Source: Patescibacteria group bacterium (GTDB lineage: Bacteria > Patescibacteriota > Minisyncoccia > Phycocordibacterales > EsbW-18). From it: 64,000 nucleotides of DNA. The first letter of the stretch is position 1. Every line of letters begins with the position of its first letter. This document shows positions 29,176 to 38,230 of the stretch, piece by piece. The notes under the pieces were generated by a model. That model did not search any database, was not told the origin of the DNA, and saw only the letters and a program-made list of their open reading frames with translations. Made by a program: the position numbers and the translations under genes. Location of the stretch: assembly GCA_038064475.1 (NCBI GenBank), contig JBBTTA010000003.1:24985-88984 (forward strand). Reading direction: 5' to 3'.

Positions 29176-29523
29176 ATGAATACCCCAATTACATTCGGCA
29201 ATATGGGCGAGGTAGCACCCCTGCATCGAGGCTGGGTTGTCGGACGCTTTATTGAAATGGAAAATCCATTGCACTCAACCGATGTTGAAATTAAATACCA
29301 CGTCGCAAAAAAGGGAGAGCACAATGAAGTTGTTGCTTCAAGTAAAGCACAAAGTCTCACTATTCTTATTCGCGGGGAGTTTAAAATTAGCTTTCCCGAA
29401 CAAAGCAAGGAGTTTATCCTCAAAAAAGAAGGTGATTTTATTTTTTGGAATCCCGGCATAGGACACGATTGGGAGGTGCGTGAGGATTCTTTGCTTATTA
29501 CCGTTCGCTGGCCTTCACTCTAA
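29176..29523 (+). CDS. Cupin-fold small protein
   Basis: RGWVVGRF, ILIRGEF, GDFIFW.PGIGHDW, ITVRWPS. Confidence 0.7.
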   Translation: MNTPITFGNMGEVAPLHRGWVVGRFIEMENPLHSTDVEIKYHVAKKGEHNEVVASSKAQSLTILIRGEFKISFPEQSKEFILKKEGDFIFWNPGIGHDWEVREDSLLITVRWPSL

Positions 29524-29598
29524 CTATAGGATGTACGTCCTACACTAAACGAGCCTTGCGCGAGAGGCGGTAATCATCTATCCTTGCTTGGTATGGAT

Positions 29599-29715
29599 CC
29601 CGTTAGAGATATTCTTTTGAATGTTTCTCGGGCATACGAAATATAAGCATGGTAAGATAAACTGCTGTTACCAAATAATCAACGGAAACGCTCGGCGTTT
29701 CCTATCTCTAACGGG
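29599..29715. mobile_element. MITE-like element with 13-bp TIR and 6-bp target duplication
   Basis: ATGGAT-CCCGTTAGAGATA...TATCTCTAACGGG-ATGGAT. Confidence 0.8.
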
Positions 29716-30060
29716 ATGGATACATCACATTTTAAACAAAAATTACTCGACGAAAAGATACGTCTCGAAAGCGAGTTGGGCTCAATTGCCAAAAAGGATC
29801 CCAATAACCCATCTGATTGGAGTGCGGTTACCGACGAGATTGATTCTGAACCATCTGCAGACAAAAACGATCGCGCAGATGCAATTGAGGATTTAGAGGA
29901 GAACACTGGCATCACGAACGAGCTTGAAGCACGCCTCAAAGATGTGAATGATGCGCTTGATCGTATTGAAAAGGGGACATTCGGCAAAGATGAGACTACA
30001 GGAGAAGACATTGCTCCAGACCGACTCGAGGCAAATCCCGCAGCACGAACGAATATCTAA
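29716..30060 (+). CDS. DksA/TraR family protein lacking zinc-finger cysteines
   Basis: ADKNDRAD, ALDRIEKGTFG.....GEDI..DRLEANPAART. Confidence 0.8.
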   Translation: MDTSHFKQKLLDEKIRLESELGSIAKKDPNNPSDWSAVTDEIDSEPSADKNDRADAIEDLEENTGITNELEARLKDVNDALDRIEKGTFGKDETTGEDIAPDRLEANPAARTNI

Positions 30061-30264
30061 ATACCAATATATAAAAGGCTTCCCCCGCGTCGCTAATCGC
30101 GAGTGCAGGTGTTTTTTGTTACTTCGAGGAAAGAAGCTCCATGAGAATCTGAGGAGCAAGCTTCTTTCCGAGATCGTCTTCCGTTCGTCTTAAAAACTAT
30201 CGGATGCTCGGCGTCCAATAGTTTTCTTTAATTTATTTTTATCTCGTGTGTGTATACTCCGCGC

Positions 30265-31809
30265 ATGTCATTCGCAAAAGTATACGGTGCGCAGGTGCAG
30301 ATGCTTTCTGCACACATTATTTCTGTTGAAATAGATCTTTCCCGCGGTTTGTATGCATTCACGGTTGTCGGACTACCCGACAAAGCGGTTGAGGAATCGA
30401 GAGATCGCGTAAGCGCAGCGATAAAAAACTCTGGATTCGATCCACCAAAGTCACGTAATCAAAAAATTGTGATTTCACTCGCACCTGCTGACATGAAAAA
30501 AGAAGGGCCGAACTTTGATGTTGCAATCGCGCTTGCATATCTTTTGGCGGAGGATGATATTCGTTTTAATCCTGAGAAAAAGTTATTCATAGGCGAGTTA
30601 TCACTCGACGGTGATGTGCGCGGTGTACCTGGAATCTTGCCTCTTGTGTTGAAAGCGCGAGAAAAAGGTTTTACCGAGGTGTTTGTACCGCACACAAACG
30701 CAGACGAAGCCGCTTTGGTTGAAAACGTTTCTGTCTACGCAATCACAACACTTAAAGAAGTCGTAGAACATCTGAATGAAAAAGAAAATGAAAAGATACA
30801 AAAGAAACTACTCCTACCCGTCACACCAAAACGGTACGAGCCACGTCACACAGAAACGCAGACCGATTTTCGAGATATCCGCGGACAAGAGTCCGCGAAG
30901 CGCGGTCTTATGATTGCCGCATCGGGCGGGCACAACATTGCATTGTGGGGCCCGCCTGGTACAGGAAAAACGTTATTGGCAAAAGCATTCGCTGGTATTT
31001 TGCCGCCACTAACATTCGAAGAAATGCTTGAGGTGACGAGTATTCACTCCGTCGCGGGGACGTTGCGCGAAGCGCTTGTTGCGTCCCCGCCATTTCGAAG
31101 TCCACACCACACGAGCTCATATGTCTCTCTTATCGGCGGCGGTTCAACACCAAAACCGGGTGAGATAACACTCGCACATCGTGGCGTATTATTTTTAGAC
31201 GAGTTTCCTGAGTTCGATAAACGAGTTATTGAAAGTTTGCGCCAACCACTTGAAGACCGTGTCATATCTGTGTCGCGCGCAAAAGGTTCGGCGCATTTTC
31301 CTGCAGACATTATTGTTGTTGCCGCACTCAACCCATGTCCGTGCGGTAATTGGGGAAGTAGTAGTCACACATGTATCTGCACACCACACTCACTCGCACG
31401 CTATGCGCGAAAATTGTCAAGCCCGATTATCGATCGCATCGATATGTGGATTGAAGTTGCATCTCTTGATCACGAGGTGTTGTCACGCAAAGCAGAAGGG
31501 GATACGACTGAAACAATTCGCGCACATGTTCTGTCTTCGCGAGAAAAAGCACAGAAACGTTTTTCAAAAACGCGGCTACGAAAAAATAGCGACATGTCGG
31601 TCAAAGATCTTGATTCCTTTGTTCCTCTTTCTCCTGAAACGAGAAGTGTGTTGAACGCGTCTGCAGCAAAACTTAATCTCTCTGCACGCGCATATCACCG
31701 CATCATCAAACTCGCACGTACGATTGCTGATATGGAAGATGCCGAGCATGTTGAGACACCTCACATTCTTGAGGCATTGCAGTACCGACCAAAAGCCTTC
31801 GGTGTATGA
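30265..31809 (+). CDS. comM: ComM/YifB Mg-chelatase-like AAA+ ATPase
   Basis: VGLPDKAVEESRDRV, GPPGTGKT, PFRSPHH, GEITLAHRGVLFLDE, NPCPCG. Confidence 0.93.
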   Translation: MSFAKVYGAQVQMLSAHIISVEIDLSRGLYAFTVVGLPDKAVEESRDRVSAAIKNSGFDPPKSRNQKIVISLAPADMKKEGPNFDVAIALAYLLAEDDIRFNPEKKLFIGELSLDGDVRGVPGILPLVLKAREKGFTEVFVPHTNADEAALVENVSVYAITTLKEVVEHLNEKENEKIQKKLLLPVTPKRYEPRHTETQTDFRDIRGQESAKRGLMIAASGGHNIALWGPPGTGKTLLAKAFAGILPPLTFEEMLEVTSIHSVAGTLREALVASPPFRSPHHTSSYVSLIGGGSTPKPGEITLAHRGVLFLDEFPEFDKRVIESLRQPLEDRVISVSRAKGSAHFPADIIVVAALNPCPCGNWGSSSHTCICTPHSLARYARKLSSPIIDRIDMWIEVASLDHEVLSRKAEGDTTETIRAHVLSSREKAQKRFSKTRLRKNSDMSVKDLDSFVPLSPETRSVLNASAAKLNLSARAYHRIIKLARTIADMEDAEHVETPHILEALQYRPKAFGV

Positions 31810-32374
31810 AAGCAATCACATTACAAACAGTATCCCAGCAAATTTACCTGATTCGCGGAAAACGTTCATGATTGATAGTGATTTAGCAGAGTTGTATGGA
31901 ATATCAACTGGCCGTCTCAATGAGCAGGTTCGGCGCAATCATGAACGTTTTCCTTCCGATTTTATGTTTGAACTTACACCAGAAGAAACCCGCTGTTTGA
32001 AGTCACAATTTGTGACTTCAAAACCTTCCGTCTCTTTGATATTCCAAAGTGGAATATCAAAAGAGGAGGGTTTGATATCGCAATTTGCGATATCAAAGGG
32101 ACGTGGGGGCCGTCGAAAACCTCTATTTGCCTTTACCCAGGAAGGCGTTGCTATGCTTTCGAGTGTTTTGCGAAGTCCTCGTGCGGTTCAAGTAAACATT
32201 GCTATCATGCGAGCTTTTGTACGTCTCCACGAAATACTTTCAACACACAAAGAGCTTTCAAAACGGCTTAATGAACTTGAAAAGAAATACGATGATCGTT
32301 TCCGCATTGTCTTTGAAGCAATACGAAATATGATGCAACACCCCGAACCACCACAAAATAAAATTGGCTTTTGA
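31806..32374 (+). pseudogene. ORF6N-domain DNA-binding protein, frameshifted near the 5' end
   Basis: ATG at 31806 reads MKAITLQTVSQQIYLIRGKR, then shifts frame to MIDSDLAELYG...RFPSDFMFEL...AFTQEGVAMLSSVL. Confidence 0.75.
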
Positions 32375-32480
32375 TGTAACGCAAAACCCCGTCTACCGTA
32401 GGCAGACGGGGTTCCGGTCGTTTTGGATATTCTAGATCAAAACCTGTAGCACATGTACCCCACATGCTACTGGCTCCACC

Positions 32481-33506
32481 CTAGAATGGGTTTGTTGCAC
32501 CACGAACCTCAAAGTGCAGGTGCGTTCCTGTCGCTTTTCCTGTTGCACCCATGTACCCAACCACTTGTCCTTGTGTCACCGCATCACCAACTGAAACAGC
32601 GTTTGAGCTGTTGTGCGCATACAATGTTTGCGTACCGTTGCCGTGGCGAACTACCACATAGTTTCCATAGCCACCGTTCCAGCTTCCATCAGAACGACTG
32701 ATGATAACTTCACCAGCTGCAGCAGCGTAAATCGGTGCACCGTAGGCTGATGCAAGGTCAACACCGTTGTAGCCGTGAATACCCTGTGTACGCACACCTC
32801 CTGCAACTGGTCGCATGAAGTACCCCACATACGTTGGACCACTGTAGGTAAGTTTTGTTCCTGATGTTGGTGATATCTTTGGAGCAGCGACTTCACCGTT
32901 TGGAATGATAAGTTCCGTGCCAACAGCAAGCGCGTCGTCTGAGTGCAAACCGTTAAATTGTGCAATTTCGTCTATGTCACCACTATATTTCTTTGCAAGA
33001 GATGCCAATGTTTCACCTTTAACAACTACGTGTCGAACGCCCGTGATAGGAAGGATTACCAACTTATCACCTGGTTGAATAGCTTCTTTTGGACCAATGT
33101 CGTTTGCCCAGCGAATCGTATTCATCGTCACATCAAACATTGATGCAATCTGTGACAAGGTGTCCCCCTCGTGCACGACGTAGACTGAAATCTCACCTGG
33201 GTTCTCCGCAGAAATACCTTCGCCCTCTGGAATTGGGCTACCGTCAGCAGAAAGAGCTTCGCCGTCAACGATCGTAATATCACCACCACCGACAGCTACC
33301 TTTGGGTCTGGATTCTTTACGCCTTCCAGAAGAACTATTGTTTGAGAGTTGTATGTAGCACCAGCACCTTCGTCTGCGTCTGCGCGATGACCCAAAAAGT
33401 CAAAAAGGGCTGCGGTTGTTAAGCCTGGAGTAGCAATAAGGAGAATAGCGCCTATAGCCGTAAGATGCCGGGACGCATTCCAAACCGCATATTTTGTCCG
33501 ATCCAA
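32481..33506 (-). CDS. LysM + M23 peptidase (start uncertain)
   Basis: Two LysM repeats (YVVHEGDTLSQIA, HVVVKGETLASLA); HGYNGVD, YAH, HLHFE. Confidence 0.9.
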   Translation of the reverse strand: MDRTKYAVWNASRHLTAIGAILLIATPGLTTAALFDFLGHRADADEGAGATYNSQTIVLLEGVKNPDPKVAVGGGDITIVDGEALSADGSPIPEGEGISAENPGEISVYVVHEGDTLSQIASMFDVTMNTIRWANDIGPKEAIQPGDKLVILPITGVRHVVVKGETLASLAKKYSGDIDEIAQFNGLHSDDALAVGTELIIPNGEVAAPKISPTSGTKLTYSGPTYVGYFMRPVAGGVRTQGIHGYNGVDLASAYGAPIYAAAAGEVIISRSDGSWNGGYGNYVVVRHGNGTQTLYAHNSSNAVSVGDAVTQGQVVGYMGATGKATGTHLHFEVRGATNPF

Positions 33507-33901
33507 GAGCTTTTTCGCGGGATCGGAGTCTGGAGAAGAAAATCTTATATAGTATATCTAGATACTAAAGCCGCCGTTTCAATCATGCCCCCCGTGAAGG
33601 GCTACGCGTACAGTCATTCGGAATAGTATCCATTTTATAATTCATCTGCCATTCAGACAATGGACGTGGGAATTATCTGTGGGATAGTGGGGTACCCAGA
33701 AATGGCTCCGTTAAGCCACGTTTTTCAAAAATAAAGGTGGATTTTCTATTGACATAAATATTAAGAAATGGTGAAAAACGGGTTGGTTAGGCAAAAAGTA
33801 ACCTGAGGGAGGATTGACAGATGTGTATTTTGTGATATTATGGATACGAATGTTCCCAACCAAAGCGCTTTTGCTTTTGGTTCATCGAAACGGAGGATGG
33901 A

Positions 33902-34018
33902 ATGAGCAGATTCATCTTGTACTTCGCAATCGGATCCGCGCTGGCCTCGTTTTTCCTCATCAGCTACCGGCTCAGAGAGATTGGCGCCCACCTCAAGACA
34001 ATCGCCGAGAAGAAGTAG
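33902..34018 (+). CDS. 38-aa single-TM small protein (not in the ORF track)
   Basis: GGAGG SD; MSRFILYFAIGSALASFFLISYRLREIGAHLKTIAEKK; TTGACA upstream; hairpin 34023-34054 downstream. Confidence 0.6.
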   Translation: MSRFILYFAIGSALASFFLISYRLREIGAHLKTIAEKK

Positions 34019-34168
34019 CCTCGCCCACAGAAAGTTCCGCGACTTTCTGTGGGCTTTCTGTTTCTGAAGGTTTAACCTTCATTTTTTGTTTTCTGTTTTC
34101 TGTTCTTTGTTTTCTGTTCTTTGTTACATGCTACATGTTTCGCGTTTTCTGCTATGATGCGCGAAACG

Positions 34169-36109
34169 ATGTCGCCCAAACTCAATCCCGCACAACAAGA
34201 AGCTGTCGAACACAAAGATGGTCCGCTTATGATCATTGCTGGTGCTGGTACAGGAAAAACACGTGTCCTCACACACCGCATCGCACGTTTGATTGAAAAA
34301 GGTGTACTGCCAGAAAAAATTCTTGCAGTGACATTCACCAACAAAGCGGCGCGCGAAATGCGCGAACGTTTGCAAACATTGCTTGGCTATCCTCTTGAGA
34401 GATTTTCTTCACGCAATCCATCTCCATTCATCGGTACATTCCACTCACTTGGTATTTTGATTTTGCGCGAGAATGCAAAGTTGCTCGGCATGCCGGTTCA
34501 TTTTTCAATACTTGATCGTGATGATTCACTTTCAATTATCAAACGTGCGGCAAAAGGACTCTCACTTGACCCAAAACGATTTCCTCCTGCGGCAATTCTC
34601 AATACAATTTCAAAATACAAAGGAGAAACGGTGTCGTTTGAAGAGTTTAGAAATGAATATGCGCATGACACATTCACAAAAGCAGTTGCATCTGTGTGGG
34701 AGAGGTATGCATCCGAAGTGCACAAAGAAAAGGTATATGATTTTGATGATTTGTTGTCAGAAACTGTTTCACTTTTGAAAAAATATCCTGATGTGCTTTC
34801 GCAATACCATGAACGTTGGAATTATTTGCATGTTGATGAATACCAAGACACGAACACCGTGCAGTACGAACTCATTCGGCTCTTATCTGGGGCCGTAAAA
34901 AACGTTTGTATTGTCGGTGACCACGATCAGTGTATTTACACGTGGCGCTCAGCAGACATCAGAAATTTGGAGAAATTTGAGAAAGAATTTACGGGGACAA
35001 AAGTGGTAACGCTCGAAGAAAACTATCGATCAACACAAACCATTCTCACCGCAGCAAACGATGCAATTCGAGAAAACACCGTGCGCAAAGAAAAGAATTT
35101 GTTTACAAATGGACGCGATGGAGAAAAAATTGAAGTGTACATGGGAGCAAACGAAGTTGATGAGTCTGGTTGGATTGCATCTCGTGCACAGGAATTAATT
35201 GATAGTGGTGTGTCTGCACACGAAATTGCAGTATTGTTCCGTGCAAACTTTCTTTCACGCGCGCTCGAAGAAGGTTTTTTGAAAGCGCGCGTTGCATATC
35301 AGGTGCTGGGCGTACGATTTTTTGAGAGAAAAGAAGTGAAGGATGTGCTCTCATACATCGGCGCAGCGTTGAATCCTGAAAGCGCGACACATATTGCACG
35401 CATTATTAACACACCGGCACGTGGTATCGGAAAAGTAACGTTGTTAAAAATACTTTCACACGACACAAGTAGTATCCCTGCAAAAACACAAGAAAAAATC
35501 GCACACTTTAGATCTCTTCTCTTACGCATCGCGGAGTACGCACTCTCACACAAACCGTCAGAGACAATTGCATACACCATTAAAGAAAGCGGACTTGAAC
35601 ATGAACTCAAAGGAGAGGGGGACGATGGTGCAGAACGACTCGCAAACATTCGTGAACTTGTGTCTCTCGCAACACGGTACGACACCCTACCAAACGAAGA
35701 AGGTATTCGTGTATTTCTTGAAGAGGCAATGCTTGCGAGCGATCAAGATGCACTCAAAGAAAAGGAAGATACAGTCAAACTGATGACAATCCATGCCGCA
35801 AAAGGTCTTGAATTTGAACATGTGTTTGTTTCTGGGCTTGAAGAAGGCCTCTTTCCTAATGAACGAAGTGAAATGCGGGACAAACCCGAAGAACGTGAGG
35901 AAGAGCGCCGTCTTTTTTACGTTGCCCTTACACGCGCAAAGAAGCGTCTCCACCTTTCGTATGCGATGATACGTACGATATTCGGAAGTCCAACCGTAAA
36001 TACCCCTTCACGATTTTTGACAGAAATTTCTGAAGATTTGGTTGAAAATGCAACGCCTGATGATAGCGGATGGGGGCTCGGTGGACGCGAACTTCTCTCA
36101 AACTGGTAG
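34169..36109 (+). CDS. pcrA: UvrD/PcrA DNA helicase
   Basis: AGAGTGKT, TFTNKAA, VDEYQDTN, LEENYRS, TIHAAKGLEF, EERRLFYVALTRA. Confidence 0.95.
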   Translation: MSPKLNPAQQEAVEHKDGPLMIIAGAGTGKTRVLTHRIARLIEKGVLPEKILAVTFTNKAAREMRERLQTLLGYPLERFSSRNPSPFIGTFHSLGILILRENAKLLGMPVHFSILDRDDSLSIIKRAAKGLSLDPKRFPPAAILNTISKYKGETVSFEEFRNEYAHDTFTKAVASVWERYASEVHKEKVYDFDDLLSETVSLLKKYPDVLSQYHERWNYLHVDEYQDTNTVQYELIRLLSGAVKNVCIVGDHDQCIYTWRSADIRNLEKFEKEFTGTKVVTLEENYRSTQTILTAANDAIRENTVRKEKNLFTNGRDGEKIEVYMGANEVDESGWIASRAQELIDSGVSAHEIAVLFRANFLSRALEEGFLKARVAYQVLGVRFFERKEVKDVLSYIGAALNPESATHIARIINTPARGIGKVTLLKILSHDTSSIPAKTQEKIAHFRSLLLRIAEYALSHKPSETIAYTIKESGLEHELKGEGDDGAERLANIRELVSLATRYDTLPNEEGIRVFLEEAMLASDQDALKEKEDTVKLMTIHAAKGLEFEHVFVSGLEEGLFPNERSEMRDKPEEREEERRLFYVALTRAKKRLHLSYAMIRTIFGSPTVNTPSRFLTEISEDLVENATPDDSGWGLGGRELLSNW

Positions 36110-36233
36110 TTTCTTGCTTAAAGTGTGGCAGATTGGTAGTTTTTTGCTTGAAGTATGTTTAGTGTACCCACCCTTGCGATGTCGAGTGTCGAGCTACCTA
36201 TTGTAATCGATAGAACCCAGATATGGTGACTTC

Positions 36234-36269
36234 AACTTTCAATTTTGACGATCGTCAAAATTGAAAGTT
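36234..36269. repeat. Perfect 36-bp palindrome at the 3' end of the PaaX/Cas2-like gene
   Basis: AACTTTCAATTTTGACGA|TCGTCAAAATTGAAAGTT. Confidence 0.95.
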
Positions 36270-36828
36270 ACAGGGAAAACCTTTTCCTCAGGACTTCATC
36301 TGTGTCAATTTTTTCAATAACGATATAGGCAATTTGGTTTTCAATATTTAAGATCTCTCTGAGCGAAGCAATCACTTCGTCGCATGGAAAGGGCGTGATC
36401 CAAACGCTCCGTTGAAAATACACAAAACCACACCTTTTCAAAACATCTCGAACAAGCGTTCTCTTGCTCCTTTCTCCTTCTGATATATCAAATGCAACAG
36501 CCCGCCACTTGCCGTCCCAAGGAACTTTTTGACTTACTCGGATATCTTTTGTTTTGTACTTGCCCAACAAATCCCTGCCCGATTCGCTTAAAATCACCAT
36601 TGGTTTTCGGCCTTTCCGTGAAATAACAAGATGTCCTTTCTTTTCAAGACGTTGTATTGCTGTGGCAATTTGAATTTCTTGTTGTTTTGCTTTTCTTGCG
36701 TTCATTTTTCGAAGAGTTTTCAGAATCAATACAGCATTTGGAGCTAAGATGGCGAGGGCAACAATTCCCCCAAGAGCCACAAGGGAAAGGACTGTCTTTA
36801 CAACAACGCCTTTTTTAAATTTTTTCAT
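36268..36828 (-). CDS. PaaX-like protein (winged HTH + Cas2-like domain)
   Basis: AIQRLEKKG...LSESG winged helix; WDGKWRAVAFDISE...R...R..LK..GF..FQRSVW..PFPC. Confidence 0.8.
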   Translation of the reverse strand: MKKFKKGVVVKTVLSLVALGGIVALAILAPNAVLILKTLRKMNARKAKQQEIQIATAIQRLEKKGHLVISRKGRKPMVILSESGRDLLGKYKTKDIRVSQKVPWDGKWRAVAFDISEGERSKRTLVRDVLKRCGFVYFQRSVWITPFPCDEVIASLREILNIENQIAYIVIEKIDTDEVLRKRFSL

Positions 36829-36848
36829 GAACGGTATTAGATTTTTAA

Positions 36849-36878
36849 TTTCAATCTAGACGATCGTCTAGATTGAAA
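36849..36878. repeat. Perfect 30-bp palindrome 20 bp upstream of the PaaX/Cas2-like gene
   Basis: TTTCAATCTAGACGA|TCGTCTAGATTGAAA. Confidence 0.95.
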
Positions 36879-36969
36879 GTGTAGAGGAAAGAGATAAAAA
36901 AAATTTAAAGTTTTATTGGGGAAGAAAAATCAAAAAATTGAAATATAAAAGAGCGGTATACTATCTGAC

Positions 36970-37761
36970 ATGCAGCACCATCACGCAAAAAAACGACTCG
37001 GTCAGCACTTTTTGAAATCAACCAAAGCGCTCCATGCGATGTGTAACGCTGCGCACCTCTCACAGAATGATGTCGTACTTGAGATTGGTCCTGGGAAAGG
37101 AATTTTAACGCGCGAATTATTACAGAGCGGCGCACGTGTTGTTGCTGTTGAGAAAGATAGCGATCTTTTGCCGATCCTTACTGAAACATTTGTTGAAGAA
37201 ATAAAAAACAATCAGCTCACACTCATACATGGCGATGTGCGTTCGTTCGATCCAAACACACATGGGCTTGTTGAGGGAGAATACAAACTTGTCGCAAACA
37301 TTCCGTACTACATCACCGGAGAAATCATCTCCACATTTCTTGAACATGTTGCAGCTCCATCAACAATGATCTTGTTGGTACAAAAAGAAGTTGCTAATCG
37401 CATTGTTGCGCGAGATAAAAAAGAAAGTGTGCTTTCAATTGCAGTAAAAGCGTTCGGTACACCACGAAGTGTTGAGCGTGTTTCAAGAAAATATTTTTCT
37501 CCACCACCAAAAGTTGATTCTGCGATCATCGCAATCGAGAATATTTCACAAAAAAACTTCGCCTCTGTTTCGAAAAAAGAATTTTTCTCACTTCTTAAAC
37601 TTGGTTTTGCACAAAAACGAAAGAAGCTTGCGGGAAATATTTCGTCACGCATTTCAAAAGAAAAATTCGCAGCGTGGTGCGATGCGAATTCTGTTTCTCC
37701 CGATGTTCGTCCTGAAAATCTTTCAGTTAATCACTGGTTTTCTCTTGCGCAAATTCTCTAA
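36970..37761 (+). CDS. rsmA: 16S rRNA dimethyltransferase
   Basis: KKRLGQHFL, EIGPGKG, VANIPYYIT, FSPPPKVDS. Confidence 0.96.
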   Translation: MQHHHAKKRLGQHFLKSTKALHAMCNAAHLSQNDVVLEIGPGKGILTRELLQSGARVVAVEKDSDLLPILTETFVEEIKNNQLTLIHGDVRSFDPNTHGLVEGEYKLVANIPYYITGEIISTFLEHVAAPSTMILLVQKEVANRIVARDKKESVLSIAVKAFGTPRSVERVSRKYFSPPPKVDSAIIAIENISQKNFASVSKKEFFSLLKLGFAQKRKKLAGNISSRISKEKFAAWCDANSVSPDVRPENLSVNHWFSLAQIL

Positions 37762-37773
37762 AACACGTTGATA

Positions 37774-38229
37774 TTACTGCATTCTTTGAAGAAGAGATGT
37801 TCCCATCCCGACGAGATATCCGTTCGCTCCCGGCGTCACTACTGAACATCCAGTTGAGCTAATTTCTGCACACACCGCATTTTGATACGGGAAGAAATTT
37901 CCGAGCACATTTACTTCATATCCCGGAATAATCATTCCGTATTCATACAAACGAGAAATAAATCCTGTGAGAAATCCAAAATCTACACCAAGACTTTCAA
38001 GCGCTTGCGCAAGATATGGCCAAATAATTGTGTACTGAACATTTTTACTAATGTCATGTACGGTAAAGATAATAAAACCACAACTACATGTGATGTAATC
38101 AACATCAACAAGATACCCGCCGAAGTTTGTAAGCAACTGTGCTTCACTCTTATGCACAGGAATCAAAAATGTCACAATAAAAAGAAAAGTGAGTGCAAGT
38201 GATTTGAAAATATGTTGTGTGCTGTGCAT
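37774..38229 (-). CDS. Secreted hypothetical protein
   Basis: Signal peptide; FGG...CSCG; ends GMGTS. Confidence 0.6.
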   Translation of the reverse strand: MHSTQHIFKSLALTFLFIVTFLIPVHKSEAQLLTNFGGYLVDVDYITCSCGFIIFTVHDISKNVQYTIIWPYLAQALESLGVDFGFLTGFISRLYEYGMIIPGYEVNVLGNFFPYQNAVCAEISSTGCSVVTPGANGYLVGMGTSLLQRMQ

Positions 38230-38230
38230 A

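Noticed and set aside
28105-29274. 389-aa minus-strand ORF and similar long antisense ORFs
   Set aside because: Mirror frames of well-supported genes on the opposite strand; no motifs
33507-33760. c-di-AMP or other riboswitch upstream of the LysM-M23 gene
   Set aside because: No recognisable conserved riboswitch motifs on the sense strand
36104-36157. 24-bp imperfect direct repeat at the pcrA 3' end as an attachment site
   Set aside because: The copies are only 30 bp apart and do not bracket any element; likely a local duplication
36234-36879. CRISPR array or CRISPR-Cas locus
   Set aside because: Only two repeats, separated by a whole gene; no spacers, cas1 or effector genes in the window
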